This document shows positions 49,450-63,459 of a stretch of DNA of 64,000 nucleotides, piece after piece (positions within the stretch are counted from its first letter, which is position 1; each line of letters begins with the position of its first letter). Under the pieces are notes generated by a model that was given only the letters and a program-made list of their open reading frames with translations, did not search any database and was not told where the DNA came from. Position numbers and translations under genes: made by a program. The DNA comes from Microbotryum violaceum (taxonomy: Eukaryota). The DNA is taken from assembly GCA_001244265.2 (NCBI GenBank), contig CDLV01000014.1:496001-560000 (forward strand), in the 5' to 3' direction.

Positions 49450-52400
49450 ATGGCGGCAAAGTAAGCTAAGCTACCCCGCCGCCGTCGTTGATCCTTTCCT
49501 TTTCTGACCCACTGCTCCTTGCTTGTTCCGATCGCACACTTTTGTGATGGTTCTCTACACAGGCGCAGTGGAACGGGCGCACCGGCTCCCACCGCGATGC
49601 CGGCCGCTGGCGCTGCCTCGAGTGGTAGTGGTGCGCGCACGCCAGCGCCAGCGTGGTCGGCGTGGTCATCCCCCGCCGCGACCGCAGCTGCCATGAATGC
49701 GTCCCACGCACGTGCTGCTGCGTCGTCTGCGTTCAAGCCAGCTTCGACCGGGTCTGCACCAGCTCCGAGCGCTGGGTCGGGCTCAGTCACGCCTACGACC
49801 GTCGGTGCTCTGACCGAATCGTCGACCGAGGCACCGCAACCCGCCACAGCAGCAGTTCCGTCGCCAGCAGCAGCCCCGCCAGCGCCTGCATCGCCTGCAT
49901 CGCCTGCAGCGACACCGGTCAAGGCCGAACCCGAATTGCACCAGCGCCTTGTCGTGCTCCTCTTGGCTTTGGTGGTGAGTGACCATGTCTGCTAGCTCTC
50001 TCGTGAACTGTACTCCCGGCGTGCCAGACTACCCCTCCAGAGGATTTGAAACTGACTTGGCCCCCCCGCGCCGTACCGCCTTATGCTTCCCCATCGACTG
50101 CTCTCGCGCCTCCCCGGACCGAGGAACCTACAGGGATCTAAAGTGGTCGTCACTACACGGGAGGGCAAGCGATACATCGGCATCCTCGCCGCGTCCTCGC
50201 CCCAGCACGAGCTCTCGGTCAACCTGCGTCAGGCGCAACAGGTCGATGCTCAAGGCGACCACATCCCCGGTGAGGCCGCCAAGCCGAACATGCTCGTCGC
50301 GTCGCGTGACCTCGTCGAGCTGTACGCCCATGACGTCGCGCTCGATTCGCGCACGTCTTCCTTCACCGCCAACTCGTCGTCCAATCGAGAAGGCTTCAAG
50401 ACCGACCTTCAGGTCACCGGCACTTCTCTCGGAGCACACGAGAAGAAGCTGCAGGCCTGGGCGCCCTCGGGTCCTGGTGAGGGAGGAGGCGGCATCGAGC
50501 ACTCGATTTCGGGGTTGAGCCTCGAGGATGACAGCGCCTCGGGCAAAGGGTGGGATCAGTTCGCGACCAACGAACGACTCTACGGTACACGAACCGACTA
50601 CGAGGAGGAGATCTACACGACCAAACTCGATCGCACCGGTGCCGACTTTCGGCAGCGCGAGCAGCGCGCAGCTCAGCTCGAGCGCGAGATTCTCAAGGGC
50701 GGTGGAGGTGCTCTCGCGAACAACACGCACATGGCCGAAGAACGCGGTGCCGCTCTTGACGACAGCAATATGAACGAGGAGGATCGCTATTCGGGTGTCA
50801 TTCGTGGTCCCGAAGCTTACGTTCCCCCCGGCGCTCGCAAGTCGACTCCTGTTGCCAAACCAGCCGTTGCCGCCCCGAACGGCGCCTCTTCAGGGTCAGC
50901 TTCTACCCCGAGCGTGTCCACCCCCGCGCCCAAGCCCACACCACACAGTGGCGCTCAATCCCAGACAAGCTTCCAAGACCCGGCCATTCTTTCGGCTTCC
51001 GGGTCGTCTCGATTGCCCTTGCCCAATGCGCCCAACTCGAGGATCCCCTCCCCGGCCGTGAGCACGAATGCAACCGCTAGTGACAAGTCGGATGCTGCGA
51101 GCAAGGCGACGTTGGATGGTCACATTCTGCGTTTTGTCTCGGATGAGCGAGAAAAGCTTAACGAGCGCAAGCAAGCTCTGCTCAAGGAGGCCCGCGAGAC
51201 CGCCGAGAAGAAGGAAAAGGACTCCAAACTGCGAAGCTTGCTCGAGTTTAGCCAGACGTTCAAGCTCAAGGGTGGGACACCTACCGATCTCGCTTCCATC
51301 ATCGGCGACCTCAAGCCTGCGGCGAATGGCAACAGCAAGACTGTCGCGACCGTCTCGTCGGCGGCGGCCAAGCCCGCTGCGCCGCCTGCTGCCGCTGCGG
51401 GTACACCAGCAACGCGGGGATCCACCGCGCCACCAGCTCGTAACGCGACGATGAGCCCTGGTAAGCTCCTTCCCGACATTCCTCCTTTCAACCCCGAAAA
51501 AGCTCGAGCGGCGGCCGAGGCTCAAACCCTCTCCGGCGCAAGCAAGACGACGGCACCGGCCAAACCCGCCACGGCACCTCTGCGAGCGGCATCGGCGGCC
51601 GTTCCTCGACCTCTCGGCGCGCCCGTTGCTTCTACCTCGAAGCTCACTGCTGCTGCGCCCGCCTTCGTGTTCAAACCTAACCCGAATGCGTCCGCATTCA
51701 CGCCTGGCGCATCTCTCGGAGCCGGGGCAAATCGACCTGTTGCCGCTACCCCTTCAAATGCCAGTGTCTCTGCCGTGGCGGGCCCTTCGCCTGCTCCTGC
51801 CAGCATCTCAGCAGCCGTCGCATCCGCCGCGCCCAACCATGCGTCAGCTCAAGCCGCACTTCACCCATTTTTCGGCAACAAGCCTTACAAACGCGGTCAC
51901 GGGGGTCTGTACGTCAAGGAGGAGTTTGCGCCCTTCAAAAGCGGTGTCCCAGACCCGGCGACCGTTGATCCGCGCTGGCCGTTCTATGGCAAATCTTACC
52001 GAGCCGTGTACCCCGTCTCCGTCCCGACTCCCCCTCCGCTACCGCTTGGTCCGCATATCGGAATGCCGCTCGTCGTTCAGTCTGGCTCGGTCAACCCCGA
52101 GGACGGTGGCCCCGAGTCTTCGCCGCCGGTGCAGACGAGCAACCTCGGTGCAGGTGGACCGCATGGCCCCATGAGGATGCCGAATCAACCTCCGATGCAC
52201 CTTGGTGCTGCTGGCTTTGGCGCATACCCTCTCCCTCACATGCAACCCGGAGGTTTTGTTCGATTCCCCGGACCGGTGAGTTCATAAAGCAGTAAAATAT
52301 ATGCTGCCAAGCATCCGACTGACAGTTTGGTCACATCTGATGTGAATACAGCCGCAGCATCAGCAGCAACTACCACACCAAGGACAGCTGCACGTCCAAC

Positions 52401-52629
52401 AGCCTCCGCTGCATGGGTCGATGCCTTCCCAGTTCCAGCAGTTCGCCAGCGCGCCACCTCCGCCCGGCGCCATCTTCCAACCCACAGGAACAGCCAGTGA
52501 GTCCTGCTGGCTTTGCCGTGTTCATCTTTTGCGTCCGAACTTATTGTGACTCTTCACCTCGATGTCTCTGCAGTGTTTTCCAACTCGCCTCAGATGCAAA
52601 TGCCCCCTTTGGCGCTGCCGCCGCAGTAA
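49450..52629 (+). CDS. PBP1: Ataxin-2/Pbp1 (poly(A)-binding-protein-interacting protein)
   Basis: LSm domain (VVVTTREGKRYIGIL), FKTD, LsmAD (WDQFATNERLYGTRTDYEEEIYTTKLDR...EEDRYSGV), PAM2-like KLTAAAPAFVFKPNPNASAFTP. Confidence 0.92.
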
Positions 52630-53253
52630 AGAAGGTGAGACCCAGAACGTGAGTGGATGGGGGTCCCAGGAACAGGACAGGGTGGAACGATGGACAGCCG
52701 GCTCGGTTCGAGGGGTACGTTTTTTTTTCTCGCTCGTAGCTGTTGAACTTGGAATTCTGGGATCATATCATCGCGAAGAAGTCTTGTTTACACCGACGCT
52801 CGCAGCAAGATGATCTAGCAACGCGGGGCCTCACTGCCGCCAGCAAATGGACCACGTCACCGACGGTCCAGCCGGCGCCTAGCACGCGAGGACGGCGTTC
52901 AGATCGTGGTCCTCATTGTTACAGTCCTTTCAAAAACTGTTTAAGGCCAAATTCCCATCGGTGCAAAGTCTCTACGGCTTATGGAATACTTTCTGGTACA
53001 CGTACACCGGCGAAAATACAGGCCATCCAACTTAATCCGCCATGGAGTGATCGAGGATTTTCCGAAGCACCCCAGCCCACGACCGTTGGGCGCGCTCATC
53101 GGGCGCTCGACCCTGCACGCAGCTGCACGCTCGAAGACGCTCGACTTGGGAGTAAATTGGGACACACACACAGCGTGTCGCCTCGCTTTCGTCGTCGCGC
53201 CTTGGACTTGCGGCCTCTTGTTTGGGGGGTCCGTCGTTTCGATCTCGTTCGGC

Positions 53254-55474
53254 ATGTCGGTCATCAGTCGCAGTACGGTCTCGCCAGCTCCAGCATCTAT
53301 ACCCGATCCCAAGACGACGAATCACCGCCTGCCCGATCGTCCGCGGCCACCGCCGCACGACCGACAGCAGCTGCATCCGCGGCGGTCAGCGGCCTCGCGA
53401 CGGCGGTCGAAGCGTGTCAACACGCTGGGATGGTGCATGCAACGACAACTCGGTACGTGAGCGTGGGCCTCACCCGTAGACGAGCGAAAGTACTGGTAGC
53501 ACACCCCTCGACCAGCGCTGCATCGCTGACATCCGGCTACCCCGCACTCGGTACATTGGCCTACAGGTATCTCGCTGAGCGTCATCGTCGTCGTGCTCGC
53601 AGTCAATGCCGCCTCGACGGCCGAGCTGTTCCTCTCGACGCGGTGGACACCGGCACCGTCGTACCATCTGCGCAACCCGTTCTCTCGCTTCCTGTACCTC
53701 TCGTTCCGGCTACCCGACTCGGATCTGTATTACAAGGGTAGAGAGTACGTCACGCCGCCGCCGCAGCTCCACGAGATCGCGCTCGCTCTTCGCAGCCGTA
53801 GAACCAAGAGATAACCGCGTCGAATCCGCGCCAAGAATGTTGCTCATCCCCCGCTTGTTTCCACTCGCGTTGCCTCATTTTTTTCCCCTACAGTGACGCG
53901 TACTTCATCGCTTGGTGGGTCTTGGTGTTTTGGTTCTTGAGGGAGGCGTTGATGAGGTGGGTCTTGGCGCCATTCGCGAGGCGGCGCGGCATCAAGGAGG
54001 AGCGCAACGTGGTCAGGTTCGCCGAGCAAGGCTGGTCGGTGTTCTACTACGGTTAGTTCTCTGTTCGTGTGAATTCGGTTGTTTCTTATGAATCACTGAT
54101 GTCTTAAGAATGATTATCGGGGATGTAGTCATATTTTGGTCGCTTGGCCTGGTGAGTGGGCAATACTCGAATTAGCCCGTCTCCTCCGAGTCCCTTCAGA
54201 GCCGGTTCTGATGGGAGCCACTTGCTTACGTCATCCCGTCCCTCACACGCGCTGCATTACTACAGTACATCATGCAAACAAGCCCTTATGCCTGGCTCAA
54301 TACGCGCGAGTTTTACGTCGGGTACCCGCACATTGCGATTTCGGGCCTCACCAAATTCTACTGTCCGTTCCCTTCGCCATGCATCCGCCGTTCGATCTGG
54401 TGTTTGGGTGCTGATCTTACCCCCTTTGTTTACTCGCTCTCTTTAGACTTGGCTCAAACGGCTTGTGAGTTGTCACTCGTGCGGAATCGGCGATGCAAAG
54501 TTGCTTAGCCGAATTCTTTTCTACGTCGCAGTCTGGGTTCAACAGATCATCGTGATCAACCTAGAGGCTAAACGCAAGGACTACTACCAAATGTTCACGC
54601 ATCATATTATCACGACCCTTCTGATGATGTTGAGTTATATTCAAAACTGGACGCGTATCGGGACGGCGATCTTGTGCACGATGGACGTGGCGGATATTCT
54701 TCTCTCGGTTCGTCGCGTCTACACTCGCAAAGGGCCATGCGTGAAAGTTCTGACCGATACGTTCCCCGCTCAGTCCGCGAAATTGATCAAGTACTGCGAC
54801 CGACCTCAAGCCGCAGATGTGATGTTTGCCGTCTTCCTCGTGGTGTGGATCGCGACCCGACACGTCGCGTTCGGGATGATCACCTACAGCGTCTACGCCG
54901 AAGCCCACCAGATCCTCGAATACGACTGGCGCCCCCAGGACGGTTACTTCCACTCCTGGTGGGCCATGTTTATCTTCAAGTTCTTGTTGACGGCGTTACA
55001 GGCGCTTCTGGTGATTTGGTTGGGCATGAGTAAGTGCTTGGAAGGAACATTCGATTTGCTTTCAGCGATGTGGCTGACGTTCTCACGCTTGCCGAGTGTG
55101 CCTTCTGACAGTCCTGAGAGTTGTGTGGAAAATGGTGGTTGTTGGGGCGGTTGCCGAGGATATTCGCAGCGATGATGAGGCCGAGAGCGAGAACGAGGAG
55201 GACGACCAGGGCAGTGAGACGGACAACGAGAAGGAGTGCGAATTGGAAGAGGCTGGTGAAGGGTCGCGAGAAGGTCGGGACCGCGTTCTCCAATGGGCGA
55301 AAGGCGGGCGAGCGCGGCAAACGGCGGTCCGAGTCGAAGTGTTCGAGTGCGGAGGTAGATGAACGACCGAAGGCTCTGCTGTTGCCCAAGGATCTGACAG
55401 TCAAGGCGACGAATGGGCATGGCAAGACGCTAGTCGAAAGCCACGACCTGACCCGGCGGACCAACTGTCGGTAA
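53254..55474 (+). CDS. Ceramide synthase (Lag1/Lac1 TLC family)
   Basis: RFAEQGWSVFYY, EAKRKDYYQMFTHHIIT...RIGTAILCTMDVADILLS (Lag1p motif), EDIRSDDE; includes 18- and 23-nt micro-exons. Confidence 0.93.
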
Positions 55475-55871
55475 ACAGACTCGGTCGGCTTGTGCGTGGC
55501 GAGGGTGGTAGCCCGCAACGACTGACGAACACGTGCTCTGCCAAATTTTCACCTAGTAATTCCGTCCTTTAGATCAGTTAAGCATTGTAATAATATATCC
55601 CGTGGTACTGTCACGCGTGCAGCCCCGGGGCAGGCGGACCATGCCATCGAAAGAGGTCCGTGCGAGCGGATAATTCCGGCGATCTGCCGCTTTCCCTGCG
55701 CCTCCCTTGAGGATGGCGTGGCAGCTTTGGTGCGGCTGTCACTCTGCCTTCCTCCTCTGCGCCCGTATCCCCCTCCCTGCACCTCTAAAACCGTCCGCAC
55801 CAACGGCTTCTGCACGCTTAGACCTTGTTTCGCGACACTTGTCCTCTTCTTCCCCCACCACTACCATCAAA

Positions 55872-58298
55872 ATGAGCGCCGTGTGAGTGTTGCCTCGACA
55901 GTTTCCCCTCTCCTTCCCCTCTGCCTCCCCTCTCCCGCTCGCCGTCGCTCTGTCCCCCGCAGCCTCGGTCAAGCGCCAGCCGATCCTCGCTCTCCGGAGA
56001 TGCTGCTGCCCTCGCTCGCAGGGGATTGACCTTAAGCCTGCATCGCCATGGTTGGGCATTGCACGGGTCTATCGTGATTCAAGGAGATGCTCTAGCATCT
56101 TTGAGGTCGTCGTACCCCATTCCTTGACTCGTGCAGACTCGGTGAAACTGACCCCCGATCCTGCATCAACCCCCACAGCGCTGACATCGGATTGATTGGT
56201 TTGGCCGTCATGGGCCAGAACCTGATCCTCAACATGTAAGCCTGCACCCTTACCCTGAGTAGGGATGGCTACATGCGATGACCCAGCTGATTCGCATTCT
56301 CTCTCCCCCTCCGTCACCGTTCGATCTCGATTTCGTCCTCTTTGCCAGGGCCGACAAGGGCTTCACCGTCTGTGCCTACAACCGCACGACCTCCAAGGTG
56401 GACCACTTCCTCGAGAACGAGGCCAAGGGTCAGTTGTATTCCTTCCGCGATCTAGATGGCCTTCATCGTTGGCTGCCCGAGTACATTAGACTCGACCCGG
56501 TCCGACCGAGGCGAGGAGAGGCGAGCAAGCGCCCCGTGACCGAGGAAGGGCGTCGTTGATCCTCGTTTTTCCTCGGCGAAGCGCGGCACGCAAGGCTGGC
56601 CTCATCGTTAGGCATACTCCCCCGTCGCCAATATTCTCAACTGGTCATACAACGTCGCTAGACCCTGACGCTGACGTGCCCATATTGCTCGGTCCCGCCC
56701 TGGCCCTGTGAACCACTGCCAGGCAAGTCGATTGTTGGCGCTCACTCGATCGAGGAGCTTTGCTCCAAGCTCAAGACCCCCCGAAAGATCATCTTGCTCG
56801 TCAAGGCCGGTGACGCCGTCGACAACTTCATCGAACAGCTCGAGCCCCATCTCGAGAAGGGTGACATCATCATTGATGGTGGCAACTCGCACTTCCCCGA
56901 CTCGGTCCGCCGTGTCGCCGCGCTCGAGAAGAAGGGTCTCCTCTTCGTTGGCTCAGGCGTGTCTGGTGGTGAGGAGGGTGCCCGCTACGGTCCTTCCATC
57001 AGTGAGTTGCGAATTGCTTCTTGAGCCAGGAACGCCGCCGCATTGATCTGATCCATCCCTTTCCTTGCGTCTTGTAGTGCCCGGTGGATCCCCCGCCGCA
57101 TGGCCCCACATCAAGGAGATCTTCCAAAAGACCGCTGCTCAAGTCGATGGCCAGCCCTGCTGCAACTGGGTCGGAGAATCCGGCTCGGGACACGTGAGTG
57201 AACGACCTGGCCTCCGGTGACCACAGCACTCAACTGTGCGCTGACGACTGGCCTACGACTGCCTCATGTCGTACCACACGCAGTACGTCAAGATGGTCCA
57301 CAACGGTATCGAGTACGGAGACATGCAGCTCATCACCGAGGCGTACGACATCCTCAAGCGAGGCTTCGGCATGTCCGAGGGAGAGATCGCCGACGTCTTC
57401 GAAAACTGGAACAAGGGTGTTCTGGACTCGTACCTCATCGAGATCACGACCGACATCCTCCGGTACAACGACGACGATGGAATCCCCCTCGTCACCAAGA
57501 TCTTGGACTCGGCTTCCCAGAAAGGTACCGGCAAGTGGACCGCTGTCAACGCCCTCGACCTCGGCATGCCCGTCACCCTCATCGGTGAGGCCGTGTTCGC
57601 CCGCTGCTTATCGTCGATCAAGCAGGAGCGTGTCCGCGCTTCCAAGGTCCTCGGTGGCCCTCAGATCGAGGCCTTCACCGGCGACAAGAAGCAGTTCATC
57701 GATGACCTCGAGCAAGCGTTGTACGCGTCTAAGATGATCTCGTACGCCCAGGGCTTCATGCTCATGCGCGAGGCCGCAGCCGAGTTCAAGTGGAAACTCA
57801 ACTACGCCGACATCGCGCTCATGTGGCGTGGTGGGTGCATCATCCGTTCCGTCTTCCTCGGCGACATCACCGCCGCCTACACCAAGAACCCCGACCTCGA
57901 GAACTTGCTCTTCGACCAGTTCTTCAACAAGGCCATCCTCAAGGCCCAGAGTGGATGGCGCCGCATCATCGCGCAGACCGCCTTGTGGGGAATCCCCGCC
58001 CCGGCCTTCGCGACCGCTCTCTCCTTCTTCGACGGTTACCGCACCGAGCGATTGCCCGCTTCGCTCCTCCAGGCCCAACGCGGTGAGTACCAAGCTGGTC
58101 GGGGGACATGTAAACCGTCGTCACTGATGCTGATCTGCCTTGATTCACCCTTTCCACCGTCAAACAGACTACTTCGGGGCCCACACCTTCAAGATCTTGC
58201 CCGAGTTTGTCAGCGAGAAGTACGCCGAGGGTGCCGATATCCACATCAACTGGACCGGACGAGGTGGCAATGTCTCCGCCTCGACTTACTCCGCTTAA
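55872..58298 (+). CDS. GND1: 6-phosphogluconate dehydrogenase, decarboxylating
   Basis: [85 protein letters not shown]. Confidence 0.98.
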
Positions 58299-59458
58299 GA
58301 TAGGTGCTCGCCGGTCCAAAGCTCGTTTTGGTGGATTTTTTCTTCGAGTCCATTGATTAACCAGGGTTCCTAGCATATTGTTTGACTCCTCTGTGGGCTT
58401 CCTCGTTCTGAAAATCAAAATCTCATTTCCCAAAGAGTAATACTTACAAGTTGCTACCAACGTTGAGCCAACACAGTGAGCATCACTCCACAGTCGCCGC
58501 TGACCAAACCCCATCGTCGCCTTGGCGGACCACTTCACTGAGGCGTAGATCGCCAATCCATTCAGTCTTCGACACGGTTCGTGTGCATCTCATCCATCAA
58601 GTTAGGGCACAGCGTAGTTCCACTAAAAATGGACCACGGACCCGTGATCTTCCGGTGATCCTATGGACGGGCATGACGCACGGTGCTTTCGGTCGATCGG
58701 TCGGCCGGTCTCCGCAGCCAGCACCGGATCAGACACGCGCGACGACTATTACTGCACGGTTCCGTCTTCCCAGAAAAATCATTCGGATGGTCAGGTTCAA
58801 GCTGGACTCCAGTCCTATCTCATGTCAGTCGATACGAAGCAGTGGGAAAAAAGACTCGGAGCACTCGGACTGAGGAGTTAATCAGACCCGGAAGATAAGC
58901 CGACGATGGTGCATGGCAGTGGTAAGTCTGAATTGCTCGGCCAGGCCACTTTATTCCGCGCGCGGAGGGTGGGCTGCATCCGAGACTCCGAGTCCATCCT
59001 CTAGCGATCATCCTGGCTGTCATCGATCCCTCCGGCACGCGGTGCCCTGTATCGGGTCCAGGCCGGCTCAGAGCCAGCCAACGTGTGTGTTTTTTCAGAT
59101 TTTTCGAGCATACTAAACGCTTGCATGCACACTAAGCGATGAGTGATAGCTTTCACGCTTTCAGCGTCTTCAAAGAGAAGAAAATATGTTCATACATCGC
59201 AGAGTGAAGCTAAAGGGAAGTCGATTATGAACGAAAGCTCGGGCCGAAAAGACATCAAGCAGGATTCGAGCTCATGTGCCTTCGGGCCCCGCGCCTAGGT
59301 CCGCCTGCCACACGGAGCCATCAGGGCACTGATCAACGTTGATGAGCTCGGCGACACATCGTCGCATGCCTCACTTTCGTCCACCAAGTCATCTTCTGCA
59401 CTCGCACATATCTACCTAAGCTCTTCTCTCCTCCGTCCACATCTAAGAATAAGAACCG

Positions 59459-61557
59459 ATGTACTACCCTGTGACGACCCACGATGGCGGCCCCGAGGAA
59501 ATGTCCGAGCGAGGTCGAATTTTACAATCCTCCGACGGCAGGGGAACCTACCTCGACTGTGGCCTAACGCCCAACCTAGACGACGACGATGACCGTCACC
59601 GTCACGGCAGCATCGCTTCAATTCACGACTATTCCACCTTCCCAACAAGTCGACCCCGGATTGGATTCTGGCAATCCAGATGGTCCAAGGTCAAGTCAAG
59701 CAGTATCCGATCGCGTGTTGTCACATGTCTTGCCCTTGTGCTCGTTGTAATCGGCGCGGTCGGTTTGAGCGGCGCTCTCGGTCGGATTAAGCTGCCTGAG
59801 CATGTCTCAGTCGAGGCGGTCCGCGGCTGGCACGCCTGGCTGCCGCTGCCCGCCGGCTGGGACGCTCGTCGGGATCGCACCAATGTGCTGTTCGAAGAAG
59901 AGTGGAAGCAACCTCGACAAGAGTACTTGGGTGACCTGTTTGAGTCGGCATCGGGGAACAGCACACCAGGGGTCGCAGAGCTGCTGGTCCATCCCGACCC
60001 CACCCTGTCCTTGTACGATAACCTCAAGTAAGCCCCATTCTGGTTGGAACGAGGAATAGGGGGCCTCGTCTTGGCGCGGGCTGCTTGGCAACCGGCCAAG
60101 CCCAAGGTCGCCACAAAGCCATACATCGCGATGCTGACCATCGAAACAACCCTTCCCTACAGGCCAAACTTTGAAGTACGTCATGATGGACTCGTGGAGC
60201 GGTTTGGGTGGCCAATTTACGACCGTGCTCCCTTTGCTGTTCCTCGTGTCCACAACCTCGCGGATCGCGATCATTCCGAGTTTTAACGACGAGCACCACT
60301 ATAGAGCAGACGTCATTATCAAAATGAGCATGCTATACGACCTCGAACGCTTCAGACAAATCCTGAGTGCCTCGCCGAGCTTCACGAATCAGAGCTGCCA
60401 GAGTGGGGACCAAGAAGACGATGTCGGATGCTACGTCTCCAACTTCGTTCGACCAAGGTCTTTCTACGGCCACCACAACATCCACCAGACGATCATTCGA
60501 ATCGACAGGCCGGGAGTCGCAGGCAAAGAGTGCGCGCAGTAATGAGTCAGAGCTATGACGTGTTCCATATAGAGTACTGACCTAATCTTACGTTGCAATT
60601 ACAGCTGGGCCGACTGGACATACGAGTCGTATGCCATGTTCGACACGGACTTTGAACGTCGAATGGAGAAGAGTCGCGAGATCCTCGCGAAGGAGGGAAT
60701 CACAGGGGACAAGTTGCCCTCCAAACTCAAGACGGCGACCAAGACGAGCTCCTTGATGTGCTACACCAACCTCTGGATCTCAAACGCGCGGGCCAGGACG
60801 AGGTTTCGAAGGAGCAGCAAAAGCTCATGGCCCCGCAGTGGAAAGAGTTCAACCGGAAGCCGGAATGGCACTATGTCGGTCGATACCTTGATGTGAGTAA
60901 ATATGCCAGGAGACGAGGTACAGAAGACGAAACTTGACGAACTCTACTCTCTTGCCAACCCTCAGTTTGCACCCAAGATCTGGGAGATCGCACTCGCATC
61001 CGTTCGGGCCAGTCTCGGGGTGACTACGATCCCACAGGAGCTCATCACGATGCACATTCGCCGGGGTGATTTCCTGGTGAGTATTTCGTTATTTCCTTCC
61101 CATACAAGTCCGAAACTGATTCGATCATTGTTTCCGATCGCTCCGATAGACTTGGTGCGAGAAGGGTACCGACTGCACGCCTAGTCTCGATGCCTTTGCC
61201 GCCGCGGTGAAAGATCTGGAAGCAGAGCTCAAGATGTCTTCGCCCGAACTCGACGTCGACAAGATCCAGGTCCTGATCACCACCGACGAGCAAGACGACC
61301 GCGCGATTCTGGACCAAATCGCCGCCAACGGTTGGGTCATCAGCCAGACATCTTCGAGCATGATCGAGGAGGCATTTGGTGATGCGTGGAAGTGGGCCGA
61401 CTCGGCGATCGCTCAAGCGATTCTGAGCTTGGGAGCCCGGGGCTTCGTTGGGAGGTCAAACTCTCAAGTCAGTTAGTTGACGCAACTGAGGATCCAATCG
61501 TACTACAAGCGCAAGCAGGCGCCGACAAGGAGGTCGACCGGACCGGAAAGTTCATGA
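59459..61557 (+). pseudogene. GDP-fucose O-fucosyltransferase-like type II membrane glycosyltransferase, apparently disrupted
   Basis: N-terminal TM; SGLGGQF, EWHYVGRYLDF, MHIRRGDF, ITTDE, FVGRSNSQVS. Apparent +1 at 60170-60172, -1 at ~60775 and in-frame TAG at 61474-61476. Confidence 0.65.
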
Positions 61558-61790
61558 GGAAACGAAGTCTGCCCCACAACCCGGGGTTCTCAAAGAGACG
61601 ACTCGCTATCCGTTAGAACAGGTTCAACTCCGTTTCGAGCTTCTTCATCAGTTTTCGTGATAATATACTGTATTTGAGAGCATATCCCATGCAAGACCGG
61701 TTTATAACTTCTACGACAGTGAGGGGCAAGTGAGAGGATCGCATCTCAGGCTCGTGACGGCTCGTCGCCTCATCGCCTCAACGGTTTCGA

Positions 61791-63459
61791 TCACTTCACC
61801 CCCACCTGACTGGCAGAGTCGGGTGTCGCCGTACCTGCTGTTTGAAACGTCAATCGTCTAGGCGCGGAATCGATGTCCGGCATGGTAACCGCTGCGGTGA
61901 GAGCGACTTGATGGATCGAGGCTGCGGGGCTAGCGGGGGCGGTATTGGTGCGACGTCGGGCCGTCGCCGCAGGTGAGAATGTGACCGACATGGTCGAGCG
62001 CGTGCGTTCGAACGCGACATAAGTGAACTTGGACACAGGGATGGAGATACCGTGAACGAGAGTTGACGAAAAGGCGATGAAGAGCACGACAGGGATGATC
62101 AGCGCGCGCAGCACGGCTCGTTCTTCCGGGACTTCGTTGAAAGCGAGGATGGCGTAATAGATGGCCGAGACGCCGATAGGGCCGAAGAAACCGGTAAAGA
62201 GCGCTTGTTTGTGAGACGGGATGGCGGGAATGAACTTTTGCAGCGCCACGACCCAGGGTAGTCGGCGGAAAGCCAAGAGGCACAGGGCGAGCAAGACCAT
62301 GCGCCATGGGGTTAGGTACGGGGGCGTGTAGGCCGACCAGTCAATGATGGTCCCAATGTAGATGAAGATGGAGGCGTTCAAGAGCGAATCGATCACGTCT
62401 TGAAAGGTCTCGTCCTCGGTTTCGATGCGGAAAAAGTCTTGCCATGTAAGCGAATTGCCGGCTATGAAGCAGGCAAAGACGTCATCGCTGCCAAGCACGC
62501 CGACGACGCCAAGCGTCAGGAAGGACAGTCCGATGCCATACTGCAAGGACAGCGGCGTAGCGGTATGAGTATGATGCTTGCGTTTCCCCCTAGGCTGTAG
62601 AGGCCGCACAACTCACGGCCAAGAATGATTCATGATCGATGAGACGACGAGTATGGGCGACCTTCAAGGACTTGCGCGCAATGTAGCCCAGCACGGCCCC
62701 GATCGCGCACGACAGCATGATCTGGTACAGGAGCGTTGTTACGAACCAATGAGAAACGACGGTTCCGAGCGATTCTTCGCTGCGATGCATCAGGCCGATG
62801 GCGATGAAGAGGAACGGGTAGCCGAGTCCGTCGTTGGCGCCGGATTCGGCTGAGATCATGTTGCGGACGGATCGGGGTACAAATTTTTCGGCATACCGTC
62901 CTTGCACGACTGCGGACCGTGAGAAGGGCGCAGCGTTAGCATCAAGCAACTCTTGTGGAGGCCAGCACTCACTTGCGTTGGCCAAGATGGGGTCGGTCGG
63001 AGTGATGCACGCCGAGATGACGAGGGCCTCGAGATAGGTGATGGCGGGGATGAAGAGCTTCAAGAAGCCGGCCGAGACGAACCAGCCTATGGTCATGATG
63101 GGGAACAAGAGCACAAAGAGGGAGAGAGCCTCTCGCCTCAGATACGCCGCGGGGAGACTGATGCCGGCGAACATGACCTGGATGCCGATGAGCACGCGCG
63201 TGAGTTGAAAGGTGAGCGCGCGGCCGGCAGCGGCGTTGCGACCAACCCACTCGAGCGGGTTGATGATGTCGGCGCCATAGGGCCCAAAGGCGATGCCGAG
63301 GCAGAGGGATATGAGTGCACTCGAGAGGAAGAGCTTCTCCTTGATCCAGTACGAGAGCTGATTGATGGTAGTGAAGTAGGCGCCGAGCACGAGCAGCGCG
63401 AGCGAGATATGCGAAACGTCGAGCTTGTAGTAGGGTATCTCGGCGTGCGACTCGGCCAT
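61791..63459 (-). CDS. Na+/H+ antiporter, fungal Nha1/CPA1 family
   Basis: IKEKLFLSS, ACITPTDPILAN, SAESGANDGLGYPF, IDHESFL, LGSDDVFACFIAG, FRRLP, GFFGPIGV, STLVHGISIP. Confidence 0.93.
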
